This document shows, in pieces, positions 9,276 through 20,430 of a DNA stretch of 62,330 nt (its first letter is position 1; every line of letters starts with the position of its first letter). Both the position numbers and the translations under genes were made by a program. Below the pieces are notes generated by a model that worked only from the letters and a program-made list of their open reading frames with translations, was not told where the DNA came from and did not search any database. The stretch is taken from the NCBI GenBank assembly GCA_049302035.1, contig JBAQLR010000126.1, forward strand, positions 1 to 62,330. Direction: 5' to 3'. Origin of the DNA: Syntrophales bacterium (lineage in GTDB: Bacteria > Desulfobacterota > Syntrophia > Syntrophales > JACQWR01).

Positions 9276-10517
9276 CTAAACTGGCTGGGCGCCAAGCTCA
9301 TCCTTCTTTTCCCAAAGAGGCAGCAGAACGGTAAAAACCGTGCCGGCCGTGCGGCCTCGCTCCACGTGGATGGCCCCCTTATGCATATCCAGAATGTTAT
9401 GGACAATGGCCAACCCCAGTCCGGACGTCCCTTCGCGGGTGCTGAAAAAGGGATCAAATATTTTGGGCAGGTTTTCCTCTGAGATGCCGACACCATTGTC
9501 GGCAAAGATGATCTCCAGAAAAGGCGTAACACTCGCCCGGGGCTGGTCGAAGGACGTGATTTTTGTTGAAACATAAAGACATCCTCCCTCCGGCATGGCC
9601 TGTAAGGCATTTAAAGCGAGATTTAAAAACACCTGTTTCAGCATTTCCTCATCCCCCGAAACTAAAACATCTTTCTCCACCGGGCTAAAAGCAAGAGATA
9701 CATCTCCCTGCTTGGCCAAGGGCTCACTAAAAGACAGGGTCTCCTTCAGAAGGGTGTGAACATTGACGCATTCCGAACGTGGAATGTTGGTTTTCGTAAA
9801 TAAGAGGAGGTTTGATATCTTGTTGTCCATATTTTTCACGGAAGTCAGGATCTTGGCAACCCGCTCCCGATCCCGTTCCTCGGGCATTTCCTTCATCAGC
9901 ACAGAAGCGAAGAGTTCTATGCTGCCCAGGGGATTCCTTATTTCATGGGCGATATTTACCGCCATTTCCCCCATGGAGGCGAACTTCTCCGTCCTTTTGG
10001 CCATATCTTCCAGTTTTTCAATCCGCGAAATATCCCGCATGATGAAAACAGTCCCGATAGTTTGCCCGCTCCGGGCGCTAACAGGGGAACCAAATATTTC
10101 CAGAGTGCGTCCCTGCAATTTAACCTTATGACCTGCCTCGCCCTGGAAGTACTCGGAAAAGAATACGTTCTGCCACATGGCAGGGGTAATATCCTCAAAG
10201 AGCAGGCTGATATGTTTACCCTTGACCTCCTTTTCCGTTACTGCGGTAAATACGCCGGCGCAGCGATTGACAGTCTCGATATTGCCCGCCAGATCCGTTA
10301 CAATTACGCCGTTAGTCAGGCTTTCCAGGATGTTCTGGAGATAATTTTTCATGTCTTCCTTGGCAGCGATAGTCGCTTCCAGTTCCAGGTTTTTAATTTC
10401 CAGCTCACGGTTGATGCTCGCAAATTTCAGCTCCAGATCAGCATAGGCCTGCTGTAGAGACGAGGTGGCCTTATTGAAATTAGCGAACGACTGCTGCAAA
10501 ACCTCTAAATCATTCAT
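9276..10517 (-). CDS. PAS sensor histidine kinase (FlrB/FleS-like)
   Basis: PAS domain, H-box AHEIRNPLGSI, and an HATPase region with DNGVGI and GTSGLGLAIV. I set the start at the ATG at 10515-10517 (MNDLEVLQ..), which overlaps the upstream gene's stop by 8 nt. Confidence 0.85.
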   Translation of the reverse strand: MNDLEVLQQSFANFNKATSSLQQAYADLELKFASINRELEIKNLELEATIAAKEDMKNYLQNILESLTNGVIVTDLAGNIETVNRCAGVFTAVTEKEVKGKHISLLFEDITPAMWQNVFFSEYFQGEAGHKVKLQGRTLEIFGSPVSARSGQTIGTVFIMRDISRIEKLEDMAKRTEKFASMGEMAVNIAHEIRNPLGSIELFASVLMKEMPEERDRERVAKILTSVKNMDNKISNLLLFTKTNIPRSECVNVHTLLKETLSFSEPLAKQGDVSLAFSPVEKDVLVSGDEEMLKQVFLNLALNALQAMPEGGCLYVSTKITSFDQPRASVTPFLEIIFADNGVGISEENLPKIFDPFFSTREGTSGLGLAIVHNILDMHKGAIHVERGRTAGTVFTVLLPLWEKKDELGAQPV

Positions 10518-12867
10518 TTTGGTAACCAGCTTTCCCTGCCAAACGGTTCTCCTCGAGGAAATAATCCGTAACTTTGGGCCAAAATTCTCCGACGGCATTG
10601 GCCTTTACCTGGGTAAAACTTTTCTCCGCCTCGGTAAAATCTTTACGATGGAGCAAACCCTTCCCTATCATGCAGGTCAGCCAGTTGCGCACCTCGCTAT
10701 CCCCTTCCCCTGCCTGAGCAAGGGCTTGACGGTAGGCCCCGATCCCTTCCCGGTACTTCTTTAAGTCATAATAGGCATTGCCGAGACCACCGTATATCTC
10801 TAACAAAATATCAGCCGGATAACTTTTCGGGTACTGCTCATAATCCTTCAATGCCTTAAGATAATTGATAATTGCTCTATCGGACAACTTTGCCGCCCGC
10901 AAAGAACGGCCGTAGTTCCTGTACACGACGCCCTGCTTTTCCCCACGCACAAGCAGGACCTCCGCATAGAGAGAATTGGCCTTAGCCAAGAGACTATTTT
11001 TGTAATAGAGGTCAGCTAAGGCAGTTTTGATATCGTTGCGCAGCGTCCGATCCTTGATACCCCCAACCGTCAGCAAGGCTGATAATTTCTCTTCGGCAGC
11101 GGCGTCCCGGTTTTTCCCCAAGTCGATTTTTGCCAGCGCCAGGGTGATTGCCTTTGTCTGCTCACGGTCGGAACAATTCTTTTGCATGGGCCTGTAGACT
11201 TCTGCCGCGTCATCGTAAAGGCCGATCGACAGCAGGCTCTTACCAATCCTTGCCGCCGTGGCAAAATCATCCGAGGGGATGAAGCCCTTGGCATAGCTCT
11301 GAAAATAGATATCGGCCACCGCCAGGTAATCACCCTTCACATAGCTGGCCTCAACCAGTGACGGAGCTTGCAATTTCATTTTTTTACGCCCTTCCTCGCT
11401 GCTTCTCCCCCGGGGAAAACGGCTTAACAGGGATTGATAAGCGGCAAAGCCCTCTTTTATCCGGTTATCCTTCACCAGGGCGTTTCCCTTTAACAACAGG
11501 ATCGCGGCCTCCTTTTCCCCGCCTGGGGTTTTGGCCAGCAGACTATCGAAGAGTTTAAGCGGCGACTGGTAAGCATCGATGGGGAGCACCTGGAAGGGAT
11601 ATTTTATCTCCGGCTTCGCGACGCCAAGAGCGGCCATAGCCAATAAGCACGTTTCCGCCTCACTATCCGTGGGATATCGATCGCTGAATATACTGTACAA
11701 CCTCAAGGCCATTGCCGTTTCACCCATCGCCGCAGCATTGCGGGCCATCATGTAAAGGGAGCTCTTGCCGAATTCAGCGGCGGGATATATGTTATAGCAC
11801 AGGGCGAAGATCTGTAAGGATAAGCTGAATTTCCCGGCAGTAAAATAATGATTGCCCATATTAATAATGGTTTTGACCGGAATGTCGTGAAAATCCGGCC
11901 ATTTCTTCCGCGCCTCATCGTACCGCTGGCCGGCAAATTCCTCTTTGTGCAGCAGATAGTAACAATCGCCAAGCATAAAATCAGCTGTTTTGGCATATTC
12001 CCCGGCGGGATATTTTTTCAGGTAGGTAAGCAGCCTTTCCGTAGCTCGGTTGTATTTACCCATTTGATTTAATACAGCACCCAACTTGAACATCGCCTCT
12101 GCTAAATAGTCAGAATCGGGATAGGTGCTTATCAAGCGATCCCAGACGCCAGCCGACTCATAAAGAAAACTCAATTTTTCATTGCTTTTGGCCAAATGGT
12201 AATATACCAATTCATTGCCTGCGGCAGGGTCCGGGTAACTGATCAGAATCCCTTTGTATTGATCCACTGCCGTCAGCAATAACTTTGCATCGCCCTTCAG
12301 GCCCCGGAAATAGTGACAATCCGCCGCCATCCGGAGCGCCTGCTCTTTTAGCGCTTCAGGCAAAGAGGGTTGGTTGAGAATGACTCGCAGCATTGCCGCC
12401 GCCTGGTCGTATCGCTGCGCCTTAAATTCTTTCCGGGCGCCATCTAAAACCGATCCCCCCTCCTGCCTGGACGGTGGATCAGTTTTCTTCTGCTCCGTAG
12501 CCGGGGTCACGGAATTTACCTGAATTACGGCCTTGGCAACGGGCAAGATCATCCTCCGGATACGGAAAGTGGAAATCAATTTGCCAACTTTTAAGTCAGC
12601 GGCGACTTGCCGGGCAACTTCCTTCTTGTCATATCTGCCTATATAAATGTGGTACCATTTCCCTTTGCGCGGGATATCCACCCGCTCATAAACTGCTTCG
12701 TATCCTCTGTCCTGCAAAGATTTAATGTGCCGCTCAACCGCCTCGATCCTCTGGTAGGATGCGCCCTGGATGGTGTAATAAGGCACACTCCCGGCGGCGC
12801 CGCCGGTCAGAAAGAGCCAGATAAAAAAAACAAAAAAAAGTATGGGAAACGCTCTGTTCCTGTCCAT
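10510..12867 (-). CDS. exported SPOR-domain / multi-TPR protein
   Basis: N-terminal hydrophobic signal or anchor (FPILFFVFFIWLFLTGGAAG). SPOR-like beta-alpha-beta-beta repeat (YTIQGASYQRIEAVERHIKSLQDRGYEAVYERV..GKWYHIYIGRYDKKEVARQVAADL). This is followed by about 600 aa of TPR-like A/Y/L repeats. Confidence 0.75.
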   Translation of the reverse strand: MDRNRAFPILFFVFFIWLFLTGGAAGSVPYYTIQGASYQRIEAVERHIKSLQDRGYEAVYERVDIPRKGKWYHIYIGRYDKKEVARQVAADLKVGKLISTFRIRRMILPVAKAVIQVNSVTPATEQKKTDPPSRQEGGSVLDGARKEFKAQRYDQAAAMLRVILNQPSLPEALKEQALRMAADCHYFRGLKGDAKLLLTAVDQYKGILISYPDPAAGNELVYYHLAKSNEKLSFLYESAGVWDRLISTYPDSDYLAEAMFKLGAVLNQMGKYNRATERLLTYLKKYPAGEYAKTADFMLGDCYYLLHKEEFAGQRYDEARKKWPDFHDIPVKTIINMGNHYFTAGKFSLSLQIFALCYNIYPAAEFGKSSLYMMARNAAAMGETAMALRLYSIFSDRYPTDSEAETCLLAMAALGVAKPEIKYPFQVLPIDAYQSPLKLFDSLLAKTPGGEKEAAILLLKGNALVKDNRIKEGFAAYQSLLSRFPRGRSSEEGRKKMKLQAPSLVEASYVKGDYLAVADIYFQSYAKGFIPSDDFATAARIGKSLLSIGLYDDAAEVYRPMQKNCSDREQTKAITLALAKIDLGKNRDAAAEEKLSALLTVGGIKDRTLRNDIKTALADLYYKNSLLAKANSLYAEVLLVRGEKQGVVYRNYGRSLRAAKLSDRAIINYLKALKDYEQYPKSYPADILLEIYGGLGNAYYDLKKYREGIGAYRQALAQAGEGDSEVRNWLTCMIGKGLLHRKDFTEAEKSFTQVKANAVGEFWPKVTDYFLEENRLAGKAGYQNE

Positions 12868-12920
12868 TTAATTTAGCCAAGCCCATCTCATCTGTCACTG
12901 TACAAGACGGCACCTGGTTA

Positions 12921-12936
12921 CGCAAGGAACATACCA
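12921..12936 (-). promoter_or_regulatory. sigma-54 promoter of the SPOR-TPR / kinase / regulator operon
   Basis: The reverse complement reads TGGTATGTTCCTTGCG, with GG-N10-GC spacing and the same TGGTATGT..CTTGC flavour as the flgB promoter. It lies about 54 nt upstream of the ATG at 12867. Confidence 0.6.
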
Positions 12937-13092
12937 CTTGTTGAATTACCCGGATAGGAGCCGTCGTTTCTGGCCCCAAAAGAAACAAACGACGGCCCGG
13001 CGCCTCATCCTGTCAATGTAATCGCAAATTCGCCATTTTTTTGACGATGCGTTCATAAATGCGGAGATTTTCCCGCCATGGACAGCCTTCAG

Positions 13093-13175
13093 TAAGTTAG
13101 AAGTTGCTTTCCGGTGGGAAGCAGCTTCGTCAACGCACTTATACCCCTCAAGGGGGTACTGAAGAAAGTCTCGTT
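13093..13175 (+). repeat. copy B of the conserved two-hairpin intergenic element
   Basis: TAAGTTAG at 13093-13100. Hairpin 1 at 13100-13128, linker GTCAACGCACTTAT at 13129-13142, hairpin 2 ACCCC/GGGGT at 13143-13157. It is 41/52 identical to copy C and 42/47 identical to copy A. Confidence 0.65.
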
Positions 13176-13230
13176 CATCGGTGCGACGTCGCTAGAAGAT
13201 CTTGCCCCGGTTGAAAAGCTCAGACACCCA

Positions 13231-13246
13231 TGGCATGCAAACTGCA
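13231..13246 (+). promoter_or_regulatory. sigma-54 promoter of pilZ-motA-motB
   Basis: TGGCATGCAAACTGCA with GG-N10-GC spacing, 58 nt upstream of the pilZ ATG. Confidence 0.65.
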
Positions 13247-13303
13247 TCCAGCGCACTCATAATAAAGACATGCTGTGTACCGCCATTTGAAGGAGCAGAT
13301 TTT

Positions 13304-13843
13304 ATGGCCAATATTAGTGAATCTGATTGCCGGAACAAGCGGGAATTTTCTCGTGTGGGCGTCCACCTGCCCCTGGAAATTCGCCGCGTTACCCCGGAAC
13401 AACAGCGGCTGATCAGCAGCCACCTGGAAGAAAAAATATTAACCGGCGCCAAGCTGCCTCAGGATGTAGCGGACCCCTTGCTTGCAGAATGGCTGAAACT
13501 CCTGCATGGCCAGTTGAACACGATATTGGGCCTGCTGGCGACAAATCGACCCGCCAGCGAGCTGCCACCCTTCAGGACGGAAACCGTCAGCGGAGGAGGA
13601 TTAAGCTTTACCTCCCCGGAGGAGTACGATCTCGGCGACCTGTTGGAATTAAGAGTAATCTTCGACTCTTCCCTGTCCGGCACCCTCTGTTTATACGGGG
13701 AGGTGGTGCAAAAAGAAAAAAGCGAGGAGGGTTACCTAAGCGCGGTCAGCTTTTTAGCCATTGATGAAAGTCTTCGGGACGAAATAATAAAATTCGTTTT
13801 TGAAAAAGAGCGTGAGCTCCTGCGGCAGATGAGGAGGGAATAG
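13304..13843 (+). CDS. PilZ-domain (c-di-GMP receptor-type) protein
   Basis: RxxxR-like NKREFSRV followed by ..TVSGGGLSF.. (the D/NxSxxG motif). The start is set at the ATG at 13304 with a GAAGGAG RBS. The ORF-track TTG start at 13202 lies upstream of the promoter. Confidence 0.7.
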   Translation: MANISESDCRNKREFSRVGVHLPLEIRRVTPEQQRLISSHLEEKILTGAKLPQDVADPLLAEWLKLLHGQLNTILGLLATNRPASELPPFRTETVSGGGLSFTSPEEYDLGDLLELRVIFDSSLSGTLCLYGEVVQKEKSEEGYLSAVSFLAIDESLRDEIIKFVFEKERELLRQMRRE

Positions 13844-13850
13844 CTGGCGC

Positions 13851-14708
13851 ATGCTGGTAATAATCGGATTTGTCATTGTAAGCGCTTCTGTTGTCGGGGG
13901 CTACCTTCTCGAACATGGGAATCTTTCCCTCCTTTTACAACCTGTCGAACTGTTGATCATTGGCGGAGCCGCACTCGGCGCTTTCGTTGTTGCGGCCCCC
14001 ATAAGGATCATGAAGGCAACCGTCAGCGCCGCCTCCCGCATGTTCACTAACAAACCATACGGCAAGGCAGAGTATGTAGAGGCGCTGATGTTGCTGAACG
14101 GCATATTCTACAAAATCCGCCAGCAGGGCCTGGTCGCCATAGAATCCGATATCGACAGCCCGGAAGAAAGCAGCCTGTTTAATCAATATCCGGTCATCCT
14201 GAAGAACCACCACGCTTTAACTTTTATAACCGACACCTTAAGAACAGTCATGACGACAACGATAGCGCCCCATGAACTGGAGGCCCTGCTCGACAGTGAG
14301 CTGGAATGCCATCATGAAGAAGCGCTGCTCCCCTCGCAGACACTTAGCTTTATCGCAGATTCGCTTCCCGGCCTGGGTATCGTTGCCGCCGTGCTGGGAA
14401 TTGTCCTCACCATGGGAAAGATCAACGAACCGCCGGCCGTGCTGGGCCAAAGCGTGGGGGCGGCCCTGGTGGGAACATTTCTCGGCATTCTTCTGAGTTA
14501 CGGTTATGTGGGTCCCATGGCAAGAAACATGGCGCAAATAGCAATGGAAGATATGCAATATCTCAGTGTCATCAAGGTGGCCCTGTTATCCTTCGTCGGT
14601 AACGGCGCTGCCCCCAAAGTGGCGCTTGAATTTGGCCGCCGCGTCATACCGTCCGATGTCAAGCCTTCTTTCATGGAAGTGGAAGAAAGCTTGCGGCAAA
14701 AGAAATAA
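13851..14708 (+). CDS. motA: flagellar stator protein MotA
   Basis: 285 aa, MotA/TolQ/ExbB family, 4 TM segments, directly upstream of motB. Confidence 0.9.
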   Translation: MLVIIGFVIVSASVVGGYLLEHGNLSLLLQPVELLIIGGAALGAFVVAAPIRIMKATVSAASRMFTNKPYGKAEYVEALMLLNGIFYKIRQQGLVAIESDIDSPEESSLFNQYPVILKNHHALTFITDTLRTVMTTTIAPHELEALLDSELECHHEEALLPSQTLSFIADSLPGLGIVAAVLGIVLTMGKINEPPAVLGQSVGAALVGTFLGILLSYGYVGPMARNMAQIAMEDMQYLSVIKVALLSFVGNGAAPKVALEFGRRVIPSDVKPSFMEVEESLRQKK

Positions 14709-14725
14709 TGTCCACTTATTTTTAG

Positions 14726-14795
14726 TAAGTCAGTAATTGTTTTTCGGTGGGCAACAATTACGTTAACGCACTTATCCCGTTTACGTTTATCGGGA
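14726..14795 (+). repeat. copy C of the conserved two-hairpin element (motA-motB intercistronic)
   Basis: TAAGTCAG at 14726-14733. Hairpin 1 GTAATTGTT/AACAATTAC at 14733-14761, linker GTTAACGCACTTAT at 14762-14775, hairpin 2 TCCCG/CGGGA at 14775-14795. Confidence 0.6.
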
Positions 14796-14808
14796 TTGAG
14801 GCTCCGGC

Positions 14809-15594
14809 ATGGAAGAACGACAGCGGCCAATCATTATAAAAAAGAAGAAGAAAAAACACGATGCGGCCCATGGTGGGGCCTGGAAAGTAGCCTATGCAGA
14901 CTTTGTCACCGCCATGATGGCCTTTTTCCTGGTCATGTGGCTCCTGGCGATGGTGGCGCCCCAGAAGAAGGCGGCAATGTCGGAGTACTTTAAAAACTAC
15001 AGCCTGTTCAAGGAATCGGGCCGGTCTTTTATGGAGGGGACCGCACAGGTGCTGCGTCAGCCCGACCAGGGATTCAGGAAATCCGCCCAGGATACCACCA
15101 AAGGCAGCGGCGCCGGGCAATTGACGTCCGATGATCTGGCAAACAAGCTAAGAGCTGCCATCGAGGATAAGTTAAAGTCCGTCAAAGATCAGGTCTTGGT
15201 GGACATTATGGAGGGCGGGGTACGGGTGCAGATCATCGATAGCGACGGCAGCATGATGTTTCCCCTCGGCAGTGCGGAACCAACGCCCAAAGCGAAAGAA
15301 ATATTGCGACTGGTGACGGAAAACATTGCCAACATCGAGAATCGCATCGCCATTGAGGGCCATACCGATGCGGCGCCCTTTAAAGGCGCTCAGATCACCA
15401 ACTGGGAACTTTCCACAGCCCGGGCTTCGGCCGCCCGGCGGGAGCTGGAAAATAACGGCATCCCCCCCGGCCATATAGCCCGTGTCGTGGGATATGCGGA
15501 TCAGGAATTATTTGTTCCCGCCAATCCTCGCGATCCGCGGAACCGCCGCATCAGCATCATCATCATCCAGGAAAAACCGGCCAAACCCCTCTGA
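14809..15594 (+). CDS. motB: flagellar stator protein MotB (OmpA-like peptidoglycan-binding C-terminus)
   Basis: N-terminal TM segment with the conserved Asp (YADFVTAMMAFF). OmpA-like ..IEGHTDAAPF..NWELSTARASAARRELE..NRRISI. Confidence 0.9.
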   Translation: MEERQRPIIIKKKKKKHDAAHGGAWKVAYADFVTAMMAFFLVMWLLAMVAPQKKAAMSEYFKNYSLFKESGRSFMEGTAQVLRQPDQGFRKSAQDTTKGSGAGQLTSDDLANKLRAAIEDKLKSVKDQVLVDIMEGGVRVQIIDSDGSMMFPLGSAEPTPKAKEILRLVTENIANIENRIAIEGHTDAAPFKGAQITNWELSTARASAARRELENNGIPPGHIARVVGYADQELFVPANPRDPRNRRISIIIIQEKPAKPL

Positions 15595-15595
15595 A

Positions 15596-15615
15596 CGGGG
15601 CACTCCCCTTTTTAT
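15596..15615 (+). terminator. Rho-independent terminator after motB
   Basis: GGGG-CACT-CCCC hairpin followed by TTTTTATT. It overlaps the stop codon of the convergent cheX. Confidence 0.5.
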
Positions 15616-16076
15616 TGCCCCGTGAGGCAGATATCGACGACAAAGAGGCCTGCGTCTGTGCGAAAGGGGATGATGACGCTGGGGCCTCCCAGAACATGGA
15701 CAATGGAATGATTCCTGCCCGCGACGACCGTGGGAATGGCAGCAGTGATGCTGAGGCCGCTACTTTCCAAAATTTTTCTGGCTGCTCCGGAAATCATGTT
15801 AGTTATCTCGCCCACCGCATCGTTGATATCGTGGTTCATGACAGTTATCTCTTCTCCCAGCATATTGGAGACAATCCTCAGGATACAGGCTTCACTGAAG
15901 CTCAGAGCCAGGGACCCCCTCGCTGCTCCCGTAAGCCCGATGATCCCGGAAACATCGCCGGAAGCCACACTATCTTTTTTTATATATGGCGTACCGGATT
16001 TAGGTGCTACGAAGGCCATTGTTGTTAAGACATTGATCGTTCCTTCCAAGAAGGCGTTGATAAATTTTACGTCCAT
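15612..16076 (-). CDS. cheX: CheY-P phosphatase CheX (CheC/CheX family)
   Basis: 154 aa starting MDVKFINAFLEGTINVLTTM.. with GDVSGIIGLTG. Confidence 0.8.
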   Translation of the reverse strand: MDVKFINAFLEGTINVLTTMAFVAPKSGTPYIKKDSVASGDVSGIIGLTGAARGSLALSFSEACILRIVSNMLGEEITVMNHDINDAVGEITNMISGAARKILESSGLSITAAIPTVVAGRNHSIVHVLGGPSVIIPFRTDAGLFVVDICLTGQ

Positions 16077-16105
16077 TGCTCCATCCTTTCCTTGGCGCCT
16101 GTGAT

Positions 16106-16489
16106 TTAGGCCATCTTTTCGATAATATTGGCAATCTTTTCGCTCAGCACTTCGGAGGTAAAGGGTTTTACGATATAATTGCTGACCCCGGCCTTGACGG
16201 CGGCAATGACATTGTCCTGCAGGGCCTCGGCCGTCACCATCAGGAAAGGCGTGGCCGATACTTCCGCATCGGCCCGTACAGCTTTCAGCAGCTCAAGCCC
16301 CGTCATGTTGGGCATATTCCAATCGGAAATGACAAAATCTATCTTTTGGGCTTTTATCATCCGCAAAGCTACGACACCGTCTTCCGCCTCCACAATATTT
16401 TCATACCCGCCTTGCTTTAAAAGATTCCGGACCACCTTTCTCATGGTAGCAAAGTCGTCAACCACCAGAATTTTCATCTCTTTTCCCAT
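16106..16489 (-). CDS. cheY: chemotaxis response regulator CheY
   Basis: Single REC domain ([21 protein letters not shown]). GAGGAGG RBS 7 nt upstream of the start. Confidence 0.9.
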   Translation of the reverse strand: MGKEMKILVVDDFATMRKVVRNLLKQGGYENIVEAEDGVVALRMIKAQKIDFVISDWNMPNMTGLELLKAVRADAEVSATPFLMVTAEALQDNVIAAVKAGVSNYIVKPFTSEVLSEKIANIIEKMA

Positions 16490-16514
16490 AACTTTTTCCT
16501 CCTCAACCCCGTCG

Positions 16515-19936
<3,422 letters not shown>

Positions 19937-19950
19937 TCATACGCTCTCAC

Positions 19951-20430
19951 TTAACCCACTGACAAGTCCCTGCCGGAAAAGGTCATCATGACCATAATAA
20001 GGCTGCCTTCTCCACCCGAAAAGTCCAGCCGCAGCGCCCCGAAATCCGCGGCTGCCTTAATATCGTCCACCTGTAGGCCTGAATCATAGGTGGGGATGGA
20101 CAGATCAAAAACCTGACCGGAATCATGTTTGCCTAAAAAATTACCGCAGATCATGTTAACCGCTTCTTTCAGGCAATCTGACATCAGCCGTTCATTAATT
20201 TCGTTCCCACCGACATTCAGCATGTTCCTCAGCATCGCCTCTGCCAAGGGGCGTGAAAAGAAGGCCCTGAGTTCCCCCATCAGGGGGCCGCTGAAGCTTA
20301 TGGCCGCCCGACAGGAGTGCTCACCGTTCGGCCGACTCTCAGTCGGCTCCAAAAACACATAGAACATCCGTTCAAATACTTCAAAAATCGAGTTCATCAG
20401 CGTTTGTCGTACCTTCAGTATATTCTCCAT
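19951..20430 (-). CDS. CheX/CheC-like protein (second copy)
   Basis: 159 aa with ..AAISFSGPLMGELRAFFSRPLAEAMLRNML..CLKEAVNMICGNF.. resembling the CheX family. It overlaps the upstream REC gene by up to 50 nt, so the start is uncertain (an alternative ATG is at 20397). Confidence 0.5.
   Translation of the reverse strand: MENILKVRQTLMNSIFEVFERMFYVFLEPTESRPNGEHSCRAAISFSGPLMGELRAFFSRPLAEAMLRNMLNVGGNEINERLMSDCLKEAVNMICGNFLGKHDSGQVFDLSIPTYDSGLQVDDIKAAADFGALRLDFSGGEGSLIMVMMTFSGRDLSVG

Noticed and set aside
12961-12995. An imperfect hairpin (CCGTCGTTT..AAACGACGG) in the SPOR-TPR/pilZ divergent region.
   Set aside because: It has an interrupted stem and no U-tract, and it lies just upstream of the minus-strand sigma-54 promoter. 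It could be part of the enhancer region, but no second copy or other support was found.
13093-13120. TAAGTTAG-N11-CGGTGGGA (also TAAGTCAG-N11-CGGTGGGC at 14726-14753), which has exactly the 8+11+8 spacing of a sigma-28 promoter.
   Set aside because: The -10 half does not resemble GCCGATAA. Two genuine FliA promoters in this same window (22277-22304 and 27338-27364) match the canonical consensus closely. In copy A the corresponding box is TACGTTTT. I treat these boxes as part of the repeat element rather than as a FliA promoter.
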